Origin: Asterias rubens
Taxonomy: Eukaryota
Direction: 5' to 3'
DNA length: 64,000 nucleotides
NCBI RefSeq assembly: GCF_902459465.1
Contig: NC_047064.1
Span: 10,501,160-10,565,159 of the forward strand
Position 1 is the first letter of the stretch. Each line of letters starts with the position of its first letter. The position numbers and the translations under genes were made by a program. This document shows, in pieces, positions 47,011-60,224 of this stretch. The notes below the pieces were generated by a model, which did not search any database, was not told the DNA's origin, and saw nothing but the letters and a program-made list of their open reading frames with translations.

Positions 47011-47968
47011 TTACTAGAGATAAAATGAGCCAGAAAGCCATCGGAATGAAAACTTGTTGTATATTCCTGGATGTTCGAAGTGTATTGTAAAGATGCTTAA
47101 AACTTTCGATGTGCATTCCAATTATTCAGGTCCATTCTTGTCGCCGGCCAGAATGTTTTGCTCATGCTTAAAACTTTCGATGTGCATTTTGTGGAGGAGA
47201 ATTCAAACGTCATTCTTACAAAGCTTGCTCAATTTGAAAATTCCCTCCCGAATATTATACAAATTTTGAAAATTCTTAATTCCAGCTGGTTCTGCTTCAT
47301 TCCGGCTGGTTCTGCTTCATTCCGGCTGATTCTGAATAAGTGTAAAGGGGGTTCAAAGGAAGCAGAGAATATAGCACTTATTGGGTCTGTATACATTCAG
47401 TAATTACTCTGAAGATTAATGACAATAAAAACTTACGTGGTAAGAAGTACAGCAGCTTTGGATAATATAATACATTTTGAGAAACATTTCACTTCCAAGT
47501 ACTGCGGTGATGGAAAAAGATATTGCTTTTTATTCCAAAAAATCAGAGTGTGTTTCCTATATTCCTATATTCCTGCGCGTTTCTGCATATTCCTGCATAT
47601 TTGCTCCCATCTACATGTAGATATATACATGTACAACAAAACTAACCTGTAAGAACTTCATTTTTAAAGGTGTAGCGTTTCTGAGATATTGCCAAAAATC
47701 AGGAGCGGCTATGTCTTCGCAGGAAAAATATTACGAAACTGGAATACACAATCTGAGAAACGTTTCTGACAACAAAATTTCTCAAACTCAAATTTTGCGG
47801 GATTCAAACCGAAATAGTTTCTCAAATTGCTTTATACGATTGACAGCTGCTGAAGACTTCTAACAAAGTAAGTACGTATTGCCAATAAGTTTAGGAGTGA
47901 TAACCAAATGTACACAACATTCCATTTCATAATTTTAATTCAACAACCAATTTTGTAACGTGACTTAC

Positions 47969-48142
47969 TTGCGGCATACGTCTGATCAACTGGGTTCGAT
48001 AGACTCATAAGATCCCCTCCTTCTACACGGCACTGGTAGCGCGCATTGAACCAGTTCTTGTAGTCATATGGCCGAAACAGGAAACAGCGGTCAGACGGTT
48101 TGTAGTACTCCCAACCGTTTCCACATCGTGCGTAGTAATTCA
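47969..48142 (-). CDS. exon: CTLD4 N-terminal part
   Basis: M-NYYARCGNGWEYYKPSDRCFLFRPYDYKNWFNARYQCRVEGGDLMSLSNPVDQTYAA; acceptor tcattttag|, donor GCCGCAA|gtaagt; phase 1 in, 1 out. Confidence 0.65.
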
Positions 48143-48194
48143 CTAAAATGAAATATTTGACATATGGCTCTCTTTGCAAAATCAGTTTTGTTAC

Positions 48195-48535
48195 GTCAAA
48201 TGTTCAGAACAGGGCCTAATTTCATAGAGCTGCTGACAAGATTTTTGCTTACCAGAATAAAGGTTACCAGCCAAACCACCTTGTTATTTGTGCAATTTGT
48301 GACTGGTATCCTGCTCATTGCACTAAGATACACTGACATTCTTATTAATGGACACAGGTCAGCAATTAGCAGATTTGAAGACGGCATGAATAGGAGACAG
48401 AAAGGCATATAGAACCATTGTGATTCAAGGACATCAATCGACATACGCAAGTAAGCAAGCATCCTGCTCATTTTAGCTCAGCAGAAAATGTTATAGGCAG
48501 TACTTTCTACTGAAGCCCCTTTATGAAATTGGGCC
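48195..48535. mobile_element. MITE family H-related element (same TIRs, different internal sequence)
   Basis: gggcctaatttcatagagctgctgacaagatttttgcttaccag .. ctgaagcccctttatgaaattgggccc. Confidence 0.45.
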
Positions 48536-49113
48536 CTGGTATATTTTGTTCTTGGGGAAAAAGTAGGAACATTTTGCTACGTACAAGGGCTGAACTACTT
48601 GTTCTTATAGACCCTTCTATTGCTGATAAACTAATGTTGGTGGTTTGCATGGTCGGCAGATTGTTACATGCAGCAAAACATCCAATCGTGTTAACAGATG
48701 TGACCAAATTCAACATTTCTGCAAACTTTAAATTGAAACAAATTACATCGCATGACTGATGTCTGCGTTTTCATTACAAACTTAAATTTGTGTAAAATTG
48801 TTCAAACTGTTTCCAGTTTGAATTTATGCCTTCTAATTGTTTAACCTTTCTTAGCAAAAAGTTGGGCTGTGGCATTACAATAGAATAGAACATGGTGCAG
48901 GGTTTAAAAAGACCTTACAGGCAATTTCATCACATTTTTTAAATGTTTTTCCAAGGGCAAAAAAGAAACAAAAAATCACTAAAGTAGAAATAATATCATG
49001 CCTGTTTCGTCGTCCAAATTTGTGTTAGAGACTGAAACATCTAGATTTACACAAAATAATGGAACTTGTGACTACCTTAAATTCTTGATTATCACAAATA
49101 AAAGGGAACTTAC

Positions 49114-49152
49114 TTGTAGGGGGAGGAGCATTGGTTCCACCAGACCCCGGAA
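49114..49152 (-). CDS. exon: short Pro/Gly/Thr hinge (13 aa)
   Basis: I-PGSGGTNAPPPT; acceptor ctccccag|, donor CTACAA|gtaagt; phase 1 in, 1 out. Needed for phase continuity between flanking exons. Confidence 0.45.
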
Positions 49153-49396
49153 CTGGGGAGGATAAGGAAAATTAAAGTCAAATATTTAAAATATTAAAGG
49201 AAAATATTGCCTTCAAAAAGCTATAAAAGAATTTGACGTAAACTGAATTGGAAAGATGTTTTAAAAGTAGAATAAAAAGATATGTACAAATTTGCCTCAA
49301 AGTTTTGTTAATTAAAAAAAACTTACTAATAACAATTTAGCATACTGAAAACTGAATTTCAAATGCGTCAAACACTGCAACCTTGTGTTTACTTAC

Positions 49397-49535
49397 TCTT
49401 CATTTTTTGGCAAACAAAGTAATACTTCTTAGTACAAGGGCGCGTTCTCCAGAGCCCGTAGTTATTTGCCCCAGAAACCATGGTGACACAGTCATCAGTT
49501 TGGGGATGGCCAGGACTCCAATTGTTGTAGTCATA
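49397..49535 (-). CDS. exon: CTLD3 C-terminal part
   Basis: YDYNNWSPGHPQTDDCVTMVSGANNYGLWRTRPCTKKYYFVCQKMK; acceptor tgccttcag|, donor GAAGA|gtaagt; phase 0 in, 1 out. Confidence 0.65.
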
Positions 49536-51320
49536 CTGAAGGCATACAAGAGCTTAATAATAATAATAGTCAGATTTATATAGCGCTTTTCACAATCGAA
49601 GGGCGTCCCAAAGCACTTGACATATATTACCTCCTTAAACCATCTCAGGTACCGGGGGAGTAAACAGCCTTGAGCAACAAATAAGCGCTACTCGGCTAAA
49701 TCAATCACAAGAACCATCTCTGCTCTCCCATCATTACTTGAATCACCCAATAAAAGCTGACCTGAGGTTGCCTATGACAAACTCAAGGTTGGTACGATCA
49801 CTGGTTTGGGAAAGAGCAGTTTTCTGCAAGATATTTCTCATCTGATCAAAAGTTCCAGAGGTATAAACCCATGGTTAAGGGCACCCATTACTGTAAGTTT
49901 ACTGACACAACCAGTCGAGTTTCCCAGGTTCTTGTATTGACCCAATTCACCTGGCGTCATCCTCAGAATAATCTTTGATGCGCCCTTTATCTTTTGGGTA
50001 GGCAATGTCACTGTGCGTTACTCAGTGAAGTGGACATTTTAGGCGACGCGGTGTTTGCACGCCATCTGACATGTATGGTGAGCGTGGCACAGTCGCCGCG
50101 TGTGACGTGCGTGCAAGGAGTTAATTGTGAAACAGTGTTAACTAGCTTTGAATCATGAAAATCTACAAATAATATCTTAAAAAATAAGAAAGTACAGAAT
50201 TTTCTCTCTGCTGTTCTGCATTTGGAGACACCAGCAAGAAGGCCCATGCGTCAGGATCACTTGCCTTGGGGAAGTGATCTCAAGGGTGAAAGTTTATATT
50301 TCTACTTCCCTGATAACAGCTGATAAGGGTCACAGTGAAACCAGTGGGTATTATGAATCGGAGATTTAGTTAATGAGAAATTCTTGTAATGCTATCATAG
50401 CTATATCAACAACTCACATTGTGGAAGGTCATTCTGTTAGGCAACATTTTTAAAGGCAGTCGACACTATTGGTAATTACTCAAAATAATTTTCAGCATAA
50501 AACCTTACTTGGTGACGAGTAATGGGGAGAGGTTTGTAGTATAAAACATTGTGAGAAACGGCTCCTTCTGAAGTGATGTAGTTTTCAAGAAAGAAGTATT
50601 TTTCCACGAATTTGATAGCGAGACCTCAAGTTTAGAATTTGAGGTCTCGAAATCAAGCATCTGAAAGCACACAACTTTGTGTGACAAGGGTGTTTTTTTT
50701 TTCCATAGTTATCTTTTTACTCCAACGACCAATCGAGATCAAATTTTCACAGGTTTGCTATTTTATGCATATGTTGAGATACACCAAGTGCGAAGACTGG
50801 TCTTTGACAAAAACCAATAGTGTCCAGTGTCTTTAAGGACGCCAACATGGAAGGCTCGAAAAGTTAAAAAGCTTGTTGACTTGAGGGGAACATTGTTTGT
50901 ATTAAATGGCATGCAATCAAGGTGGCTGGCTTTATTTGACTGGTTAACAGGAGTGATGTAACCAAACATTTTTATTTGAGGGAGGGGCAAGCAGAGGAAC
51001 AGACAAACTATTTCTTTTTTTGGCTGCTATATTGATTTTTGAACCATTCACTAATTAATTTTGACACCACTGGTAAACAGACAGGGACAAAAGGCACTTA
51101 GACAAAAAAATTAATCAACCTTTATATCTTAAATTTTGTTTTATTAAGCACAAATCACAATATTGCTTAATAGATGCTGGAAAGCAGTCAAAATGCCATG
51201 CGAGTCAAATGGTGCCCTGCTCCATTTTGCTTAGCAAATGACAATTTGTTCGCTAAACATCTGCAGTTCCTAGACATTCTATCATAGATAACTAGATGTA
51301 AGATTGGATACCAATACTTA

Positions 51321-51409
51321 CACTTGAACCGTCTGTCCAAACGTAGGTCCCTTCAACAGCTTTGTCGTTCAGGCCTATCCACATCCACGAGCTGAGAGTA
51401 TTCATTCGC
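51321..51409 (-). CDS. exon: CTLD3 middle part (WIGL..WTDGS)
   Basis: V-RMNTLSSWMWIGLNDKAVEGTYVWTDGSS; acceptor tttcatgcag|, donor TCAAGT|gtaagt; phase 1 in, 0 out. Confidence 0.7.
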
Positions 51410-51934
51410 ACTGCATGAAATAAAGGAACAAGTGTTGCACAAGTTTTAAATGTCAACATTTTATTAGCAAACAGTGTCTGAAACAAAGATTTCAAAAATA
51501 GTTACAGAATTGGTATAAAAAACAAAAATCGTGAAGATCACTAATTTACATTAAACTTACACGGGCTAATGATGATGATAGTAGAAAACATCTCTTGAAA
51601 TATTTCTGTCTGAAATTTCATATTTGATGAGAAATAAATAATCTAATTTCGCGTTTTGAGTTTATCGCTCAGCGAGCGTTTTATTAATTTTTGTTTTGGC
51701 ATTGATGCAATGCAAAATTTGTAATCGTTTTGTCACTATTCTCTCGTGACCCAGATGGCTGATCGATCTCAAACTTCTACAGGTTTGTCAGTTTATGTAT
51801 ATTGTGGATTACATAGAGTGCTGTCACTGCCAGCAACTTTTTTGCTAGCAAAACCAATTCTGTAATGTTCCTTTAACTTCAAATGTGGTTTTCTCCAAAC
51901 ATGAAAGTTTGGCTGCAGTTGCTAAGTTTGCCCT

Positions 51935-52330
51935 TTGTTAAAGGAACACGTCGCTTGGATCGGACGAGTTGGTCTATAAAAAGCATTTATAACCATTTGT
52001 TATAAATTGCATATTGTTGGAAAGATGTTTTAAAAGTAGAATACAATGATCCACACAAATTTGCCTCGAAATTGCACGGTTTTCCCTTTACCTCGTCGAT
52101 GAACACGGTTGGCCATTTATGGGAGTCAAATTTTTGACTCCCATAAATGGCCGACCGTGCAAAGTAAAATGAAAACCACGCAATTTCGAGGCAAATTTGT
52201 GTGGATCATTGTATTCTACTTTTAAAACATCTTTCCAACCATATGCATTTTATAACAAACGGTTACAAAGGCTTTTCAAAGACCAACTCGACTGATCCAA
52301 GGCAACGTGTTCCTTTAACAGTGATGAAAT
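51935..52330. mobile_element. MITE family I copy (complete foldback), abutting the LINE fragment
   Basis: aaaggaacacgtcgcttggatcggacgagttggtctataaaaagcatttataaccatttgttataaattgcatattgttggaaagatgttttaaaagtagaatacaatgatccacacaaatttgcctcgaaattgcacggttttccc .. gggaaaaccacgcaatttcgaggcaaatttgtgtggatcattgtattctacttttaaaacatctttccaaccatatgcattttataacaaacggttacaaaggcttttcaaagaccaactcgactgatccaaggcaacgtgttccttt. Confidence 0.6.
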
Positions 52331-53110
52331 GTCCATTTTGTCACTCCTGGCATCTCCCGCATTGCATCTCCCTCATGCCCAATGTTCAACTGCAAATTGG
52401 AGATGAAATTATCACACCCACTAAAACTGTTCGGAACCTTGGCATTGTCTTTGACAATCTTATGTCTATGTCTTCACAAATAACATCATTGTCTAGGTCT
52501 GTGTCATACTATCTGCGTAACATTACACGTATAAGAAGGTTTCTAGACGTTGACACATGTAGAAGTGTTACAAGGTCTCTTGTTCTTTCACGATTGGACT
52601 ATGGCAACGCACTTTTACTTGGAGCAAAAACAAATCAAATTAATAGACTTCAACATCTTCAGAATTGGGCTGCCAAACTAATACTTTGTGCTTCTAAACA
52701 ACTCTTTTCTCAAAAAGCTACATTGGCTCCTGGTGAAAGAGCGCATTCAATTCAAAATATTGGTGCATGTGTATAAATGCTTAAATGGACTTGCACCAGC
52801 ATATCTTTCATCTTGTTTTTCTTTTCACATTCAAACTAGGGCTGGGCTTCGCTCAGCATCAGACAAAATCCGTCTTGCTGAAAATAAACCGAGCAGCAAA
52901 TCTCTTCAATCCGCTGCATCTAAATCATTTTCCTAAGCCGCTCCAGGACTGTGGAACCGTCTTCCCATCACAATACGCACCTCAATTTCACTGCCTATTT
53001 TCAAGAAAGCACTTAAAAAACATCTTTTTCCTTAGTGTCTGTTTATTGCTTTATTGTTCATTTGTTGTATTATCTGCATTGCTATTGTTCGTTTAAAGCG
53101 CTGTGGTCTA
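52325..53110 (+). mobile_element. Truncated non-LTR retrotransposon (LINE) ORF2 C-terminal fragment
   Basis: Track ORFs 52201..52776 and 52688..52936 (frameshifted). They read ..TVRNLGIVFDNLMSMSSQITSLSRSVSYYLRNITRIRRFLDVDTCRSVTRSLVLSRLDYGNALLLGAKTNQINRLQHLQNWAAKLI.. and ..LHWLLVKERIQFKILVHVYKCLNGLAPAYLSSCF..LRSAS.., matching the conserved region downstream of the RT domain in L2/CR1-type LINEs. The first ~40 aa of the track ORF are MITE-I sequence. Ends in (gtatt)n at 53140..53165. Confidence 0.55.
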
Positions 53111-53572
53111 AATGAAATGGCGCTATATAAAAACCCATTGTATTGTATTGTATTGTATTGTTGCAATACGCGTCATTGACCTCCATCTTTGATGTAAAAC
53201 AATGGAAAAGTGAATGTACGCACTGTGTGTGACTCTCAGCCAATGGTAGCTCTTCACAGTTCATCAAATATGGCTGCTGATGGCGTCTATTGCAATCCAT
53301 CTATAGACGATATGACCAATGTTTACATTCAAACCGCCCTGTTGACAAAACACTGTATACGTCATGTTTCGCCGGGCAAAAAGACGCATAGTCATGGTAA
53401 GATGCATTTCTAGCTGGCTGCCAAAACACAAAAGTTTTGCCTGGAGGTATGCGCACTAATCATGTTATGGTTTTCTAGTGATGTCAGAGGTCAAATCGTC
53501 TATAGAAATGTGATGTCTAGTTCATCTGAGGTACAGTTTCATAATGGGAGATCATAGTAGAGATTTTGTTAC

Positions 53573-53734
53573 CTGACATATATGATTGTGTGCCATCATT
53601 GTGTATACTGGCAAGCTCTGCACCTAGATTTTTACACTTTGAACTTGCAGAGTCCCAGGTGGACTGGGAGGTCGTCACCTTGTAACAGTAATCACCATGC
53701 AAGTCCCACTTCGAATTTTCACAAGAACCGTCCA
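53573..53734 (-). CDS. exon: CTLD3 N-terminal part
   Basis: V-DGSCENSKWDLHGDYCYKVTTSQSTWDSASSKCKNLGAELASIHNDGTQSYMS; acceptor cctaaacag|, donor GTCAG|gtaaca; phase 1 in, 1 out. Confidence 0.7.
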
Positions 53735-53764
53735 CTGTTTAGGATAATAAGAAAGTTACATTAA

Positions 53765-54500
53765 CAACTTTTAAAGGCAGTGACACTATCGGTTATTACT
53801 CAAAATAATTGTTGGCATAAAAACTTACTTGGTAACTAGCAATGGAGAGTTGTTGATAGTATAAAACATTGTTAGAAACGGCTCCCTTTGAAGTAACATA
53901 GTTTTCGAGAAGGAGGTAATTTTCCAAGAATTTAATTTTGAGACCTCAGAATTAGATTTTGAGGTCTCGAAATCAAGTATCTGAAAGCACACACAAGGGT
54001 GTTTTTTCTTCCATTATTATTATTATTATTATCTCGGTTTTTATGCATATGTTGAGATACACCAAGTGAGAAGACTGGTCTTTGACAATTACCAAAGGTG
54101 TCCAGTGCCTTTAAAGGCAGTGGACACTATTGGTAATTACTCAAAATAATTTTTAGCATAAAACCTTTCTTGGTGACAAGTAATGGGGAGAGGTTGATGG
54201 TATAAAACATTGTGAGAAACGGCTCCCTCTGAAGTGACAAAGTTTTCGAGAAAGAAGTAATTTTCCCTAAATTTGATTTCGAGACCTCAGACTTAGAACG
54301 TGAGGTCTCGAAATCAACCATCTAAACGCACACCACTTCGTGTGACATGGGTGTTTTTTTCTTTCATTGGTATCTCGCAAGTTCGAAGACCGATTGAGCT
54401 AAATTTTTCACAGGTTTGTTATTTTATGCATATTTTTTATGTTGAGATACCCCAACCGTGAAGGCTAGTCTTTATCAATTACCAATAGTGTCCACTGCCT
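53765..54500. mobile_element. Two tandem copies of MITE family F (TIR ggcagtggacactattggtaattac; central tttgatttcgagacctcag..ctgaggtctcgaaatcaa hairpin)
   Basis: Copy 1 about 53765..54125, copy 2 about 54115..54500, sharing one TIR. Other copies at 6165..6500, 8225..8500, 14010..14395, 20895..21255, 25290..25500 (partial), 30965..31330, 41230..41595, 50445..50845, plus fragments near 24930..25040, 25935..25990 and 47400..47510. Confidence 0.6.
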
Positions 54501-55156
54501 TTAATCAAATGTAATTAATTCTTTTGAAATTATCAAATTCTAATCACCTATCTGAAATCATTAAAAATCCATTAAGAAAACAACTTCAAAAACATTATAA
54601 TCATAGGAATGTGAGCCTATATTTGAAATAAAACTTGTTCAAATGAATTAAGATAATGCTGGACTAGTTGTTATCACTAACAAAAGTGTAACATTCAATG
54701 TGGAAGCAAATGTATTTTAACATTTTATAGACTGTGCAAGTCTCACGCTTGGGACCACTTTTTTAGTTGCACGTAATTTACTTGAAGGAAAAAGTCTTGT
54801 GCGCTTGAACGCCTCCCAGTATTATTTCAATACACTCATAAGTTGCAAAGCCTAATCCCTGTCACCAAACTTCCTGGGAAATGTTTTTATATGTATAGGA
54901 AAATAATAAAAAAACATAAACCATGGCATATGAATATTCAAATCATAAATTCATTGCTACAATGGCAAGTTTGGCCGTTTCACTACTTTTGTTTTTACAG
55001 GTTAGTTGTATGATGTAAGTTGATAATAAAAAGATTGCAAACAAATACAAACAAAACAACGACAATGATGTACTGTTTATTCAAGGGCAGAAGATGATTA
55101 TTTTAGTTTTTTCTTTTTATCCTCTCAAATTTGGAAAAGTTAGTCTTCGTACTTAC

Positions 55157-55189
55157 CAACTCCGGGTGGCACTGGTGTCACTTTGGTAC
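55157..55189 (-). CDS. exon: short Pro/Val/Thr hinge (11 aa)
   Basis: G-TKVTPVPPGV; acceptor atgtttcag|, donor GTTG|gtaagt; phase 1 in, 1 out. Confidence 0.45.
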
Positions 55190-55429
55190 CTGAAACATTC
55201 ATATAATTAAATAAAAGTGTCATTTTCATGATTGTATTAACCAAAAAGGCATTTATGAATGGGAATAAAAGGGTAGCTTCTAGTTCTTTCACGGCCGTTC
55301 AAAACCTTGCAAGGCCAAATTGCCGTGTGATAAAGGCCCTCGTCACACGGCAATTCGACCCTGCCTGTTTTAAACGGCCGTGAAAGAACTAGAAGCTACC
55401 CTTTTATTCCCTTAGTTACATAGGGCCTT

Positions 55430-55720
55430 TCTAATAACCGTCTCAATGCGCATTACATATAGTGCCCTGATCATAGGGCCAATAACATCCCTTTAATCTT
55501 TCTCAGCTCCCTGGGGAGTATACAACATGGGCAACCTAGCTCTCCAAGGCTTTATCAAACCCAATATCAACCTCTACCCTCGTAGGTACCCATATACCCC
55601 TGGGTGAAGAGAAGCAAGAGTAAAGTATCTTGCTCAAGGACAAAAGTGTCACAAACAGGATTTGAACCCTCACCCAAATGACTTAACCCACTTTGCCATG
55701 ACACCTCATCACTGGGCACG
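55430..55720 (-). mobile_element. SINE family B copy
   Basis: ..tgcgcattacatatagtgccctgatcatagggccaataacatccctttaatctttctcagctccctggggagtatacaac .. aagtgtcacaaacaggatttgaaccctcacccaaatgacttaacccactttgccatgacacc. Confidence 0.55.
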
Positions 55721-56510
55721 ATAAAGCCACTTTCCACACATCCATTGGACGCCCCTAATTGGCATGGTAACACACTTGTATCATTGGAGATTGCCCAACA
55801 TCACAAGGCCATGGAAGACCATTTATAGGTGAGGGCTACACTTAGCTGACACAAGGGGCACGTTGCCACCTACTCCTGGGGCTGAAATGAAGCCATCTCT
55901 TTCACAGTCTATAAGAATAGGCATGAGTATCATACATTAAGAGTCTGGCTGGTAGAGCAGAATGCACTACCTTCCAAATGTTTTACAAAGCAACTATGGT
56001 TATAAGTGCCTTGTTCAAGGCACAAGTGTCATGACTGGGATTCGAACCCACACTCTGCTGCCGACAGCACCAGAGCTTGGGTATGGTGACCTAGACCGCT
56101 CGGCCACCACACCCACTTTAGGCCAACAGTGGGTGACATAATAAAAGCTTTGGACGTTCCATTGTCCAGTGTACATGCACTCATATATGGTACTCTGCTA
56201 GGTTTGCCACATGCAAACAGGGACAGAAGGTACTGGAATTTGCTCAAAATCTCCCTTTTAACCCGGGGTTACTGTAAATTTCTGATTCCAGACCTGTACA
56301 TGGGTTTATTATTGTTCTGTTTTTTTAACTTATTGCGCTGGCAGCCAAGCAGGCCACAAAGTACATTTACAAAATGTATACAATTGTTAAAAAAATGACA
56401 AGAAAACCACAAAAGCAAAAAGAACAACAAAAACCACAAAAGCAAATACAAAATGCTTGAACTGACAAAGAAAAGCTACATGTGAATGGCAATAAAAAAA
56501 ATGTACCTAC

Positions 56511-56585
56511 CCGCATTAATCTTGCAAATGAACGCACCAAGCATGAAACAGTCACCCACGGTCCAGAATGCATCATTTGAATCAC
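56511..56585 (-). CDS. exon: CTLD2 C-terminal part
   Basis: G-DSNDAFWTVGDCFMLGAFICKINA; acceptor ctttaatttcag|, donor GCGG|gtaggt; phase 1 in, 1 out. Confidence 0.6.
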
Positions 56586-57924
56586 CTGAAATTAAAGACT
56601 TGTTATTTAAATACAAAACTGGGGAAATACAAAAAACCTGCATGTGAGGCGCCAAGTCTTTGACATCATACCTGATTCACTAGTGTGGATGATTATATTC
56701 TTCTTTTAAAATATCTTTCTACCCATATGCATTTTATAAACAAACGGTTACAAACGCTTTTCAAAGATCAACTCGACCGATCCAAGGCAACGTGTTCCTT
56801 TAATAATCATTTTGTTAACATTCATTTTTTCGCCAAGGGTACCATTTTCCCTCGAAGGGTACCATTTTCCCACAGCGTGCAACACTTGTTTTGTTATACC
56901 TTGGCAACATTGTTCTTCCTCTTCTCGAAGTTCTGTTGTCATCTTCAAACGACAGAGTATGCATTTAATAAGTAGACGAACAGTTGTTCGAACAAAAAAC
57001 AATTATTCACTGTTCCCTCGACCCGCGGCTGTTTCGTACAAAGCTCTGGAAACTGACCATTGGTGGGAACGATCAAGGTTTTGCACACTGGTAAACAAAA
57101 ACGCACGCAAGGCCTACCATGGCTAAGGATGTGCACTACGCATAATGCGTAGCACGCATCCTTAGCCATAGTACAGACTATTTTGTATCACATCACGTTA
57201 CCAAGGTAAAACAAACAAACAAACATGACAGAGCAAATTTGTCTCAATCCAATTTTTTTTGTATCGCATAAAAATTTTAAATGTTGAGAAACTAAATGTG
57301 ATCATATGAAGCACCTGTGAAGATACATTAAAATGGTGTAAATGGGTCTTTACATTTTTGCTCACAAGTGACTTTTTCAGAGAGAAATATGTCATTGGAT
57401 TTGTTTTGTTTGTTTGTTTCATTTCCAAATATCACAATAATTAATCATAAAACATAGGCCTACACGCATCTCAACAACTAAAAACTATTATAGATGAATA
57501 TTTTATAATACTAGAAGGATTTTTTTATGTCAAAAGGTCAAATTAAAGGCCATTTTCATTTAACTCTCACCCATGTATACCTCTGGGTGAAGAGAGCCAA
57601 TTATATTAAAGCATCTGGCTCAACAAGGACACAAGTGTCATGACCGGTTTTCAAACCCACACTCCGATGACTTATCCACTAACACTTTATTTTGATGCTC
57701 TAAACCATTTGGTCATGACTCCAGATGTTTTGGAGGATGGTAACACACTTTGCACTGGTAGGGTACCGAACCCAATGGCAATTTACACTATTTTAACATG
57801 ACTCAGTTTAATGGGAAATTATTAGATCACAAAATTGAAATAGTCATTTTGAAAGTCTAGTTTCTTGAAACCATGGTTATAAAATAAACCCCAGCCTTTT
57901 GAGCTGTAAACTTCATCAGTATAC

Positions 57925-58047
57925 CTGTAGTAATGTAGCCGCAGTCTTTAACTTTTGGGGTTAATTTTGGTTGGCCTTGGTTCCAATGTTTGTATGAACC
58001 CAGCTTCAAGCCATCCACCCATCTCAATTCATCATCCTTTGCCACAT
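57925..58047 (-). CDS. exon: CTLD2 long-loop part
   Basis: D-VAKDDELRWVDGLKLGSYKHWNQGQPKLTPKVKDCGYITT; acceptor cactatacag|, donor ACAG|gtatac; phase 1 in, 1 out. Confidence 0.65.
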
Positions 58048-59365
58048 CTGTATAGTGAGAAAAATGAATATGCAAATATTTTAATTACACTGTAGTATTT
58101 GCTGGAACACAGTTTGTCATGCACACATTATCTTCTTTCTGGGTGTAAAGCCCGGTTCATACTTCCTGCGAATGCATGCGAAGCGAATGTCGACGTCACA
58201 AATTCGTAACGAGTAAATCGCAGCAGTTCAACTCCGCTCTACTCACTTGTGAATATCGCTGCAAAATGTGTGACGCCAAATTAACGTCAAACACTCGGGA
58301 AAAGAGACATTCACCTCGTGGAATATAGGTTTTAGCAATTGACTACCCAAACTCCCTACATGTACATGTTGGTTTTCTTGCTCAAGGCACAGTCCCAACC
58401 CAATGACAATACATATTTTTAATATCATACAGCACATCATTGGTAATTTGTCAAAGACCAGCAGGTCTTGAAATTCGCTCTTGAAGGGGCAAGTCTATTT
58501 TTCTTCTGGAAATGGCCACTTCTATGAGGAAAATGTAAAATTTGTAAAACTGTAACGGGCATCACAGCAAAAGCACAAGGCGCTGCAGCAATAGACCCTT
58601 CCCGTGAAATATGTAAATTGCACATAGCGCGTGCGCACTATGTTTTGATTGGCAAAATGAGGGAACATCGCACTGTTATGTACACGGCTAATGGGTGCGT
58701 GACGCAGATGCGATTGCGCATCTGCTTAGTGCACAACTCTATGGCGTTTGCCAACCAACAGGGTCTGTACGCATGCGTGAATGTAATTAGCATATTTCAT
58801 GGGAAGCATCCATTGCTGTGATGCCGTGGTTGAATTCAAGTCCTGGAACAGTATCCACAATTTATGTGACACAACATGAAGTAAAAAACCTTAGAAACTT
58901 TGTTTTGATCCTGATGTGATAATCACAATTCGTATACCCGATCACACTGATCTCGTCCTCACTATGTTCTGAACATGTAGCCTTGGTGCAAGATGATAGT
59001 ATTTGTAATGTGCGTAGTGCGAGGAGGGAGCGAGTGACCGCAAAAGTTGAGTGATAGTGTTAATAGCAACGTCTTCCACCAAGACTAAATTTGTAGTGAG
59101 AACGAGTTCGGTGTGGTGGGGGTATTGAACCCTTGCATGCACATCACATGCGGCGACTGTGCCACGCTCACCATTTTGGTGGGCAATATAAATGCGCACT
59201 TTGCTGAATAACGCACAGTAACATTGCCCACCAGTATGGCGCATCTAAGATTTTTCTGATGATGGCGTCAGGTGAATTGGGTCAATAAGATACATTAGCT
59301 ACAATCATTTATGCCAACTCATGTAATTGAGACTAAGCTCAGTTTAGAATGTCTAATCAACCAAC

Positions 59366-59448
59366 CTGATAAGCCAAAGTAAAGTACATTGATGTTCTGG
59401 TTGTTCATGTCCACAAGAAACTGCTTGAAGAAATTGTTTTCAGCGTCA
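59366..59448 (-). CDS. exon: CTLD2 short (W/Y)xGL exon
   Basis: T-DAENNFFKQFLVDMNNQNINVLYFGLS; acceptor gaaattgcag|, donor TATCAG|gttggt; phase 2 in, 1 out. Found by requiring phase continuity between 61393..61522 and 57925..58047. Confidence 0.55.
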
Positions 59449-59699
59449 CTGCAATTTCAAAATTTTCACAAATAAATAATCAGTACACTATTGTTATAAA
59501 ATACGTCTTCTTTGGGAGGGTGCGTTCTGTGAGTTTTCCATTTTGAACCTACCGTAAACAATAGACAATGAGAAGACTGTTAATGTTTCTCTAAATTTCT
59601 ATTGATGGCTTGATGCCATTGTAAACTGACTATGGTTCTTCTTAGCCCACTAAATGGCTCTCAACATCGGTCCTATCACGGTAAATGGCTCTCTTTTAA

Positions 59700-59905
59700 C
59701 ATCGGTCCTTAACATCGGATTCAAACTGCCTCTAGCTACCGAGCAACCTCGGTAGTCTAGTTGGTAAGACACTGCTCTAGAATTGCAAGGGTCGTGGGTT
59801 CGAATCCCACTCAAGTAACATGCCTGTGATATTTTTTTCACAGGACTCGGGAAAGTACTGAGTATACAGTGCTAACACACATCTGTGTATGGGTAAAAAA
59901 CCAAG
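59700..59905 (+). mobile_element. tRNA-like SINE family C copy, followed by a 100-bp palindrome (59890..59995)
   Basis: ggtagtctagttggtaagacactgctctagaattgcaagggtcgtgggttcgaatcccactcaagtaacatgcctgtgatatttttttcacaggactcgggaaagtactgagtatacagtgctaacacacatctgtgtatgggtaaaaaaccaag. Then ataacatcggtcctatcacgactgtgataggatcgatgttat. Confidence 0.5.
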
Positions 59906-60224
59906 ATTTAATAACATCGGTCCTATCACGACTGTGATAGGATCGATGTTATTAAATTCACAGTCGCGATAGGACCGATGTTAAAAGAGAGCCATTTGCA
60001 GATCATTAAGGTGGGCTAGGTTCTCCCATGTAATTCCCACTTTCTTAAAAACTACAGCCTTGTGCTTGGTGGTGGTCAAACTTTTGGTATTCTCCAATTT
60101 ACGTAGTTTCAATTTTAAAATCTTTGATGTTGTGGAAAAGTGTCCGTATCCTGCCGCCACTTTTGTATTCATTATTGAAATAAAATAGTATCTAATTAAT
60201 TCAAAAATATGGTACTCCTAAGCC

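Noticed and set aside
52201-52776. 191-aa + strand ORF as a host gene
   Set aside because: The N-terminal about 40 aa are MITE-I sequence. The remainder is the conserved post-RT region of an L2/CR1-type LINE ORF2 and continues frameshifted in ORF 52688..52936. It is a truncated retrotransposon, not a host gene.
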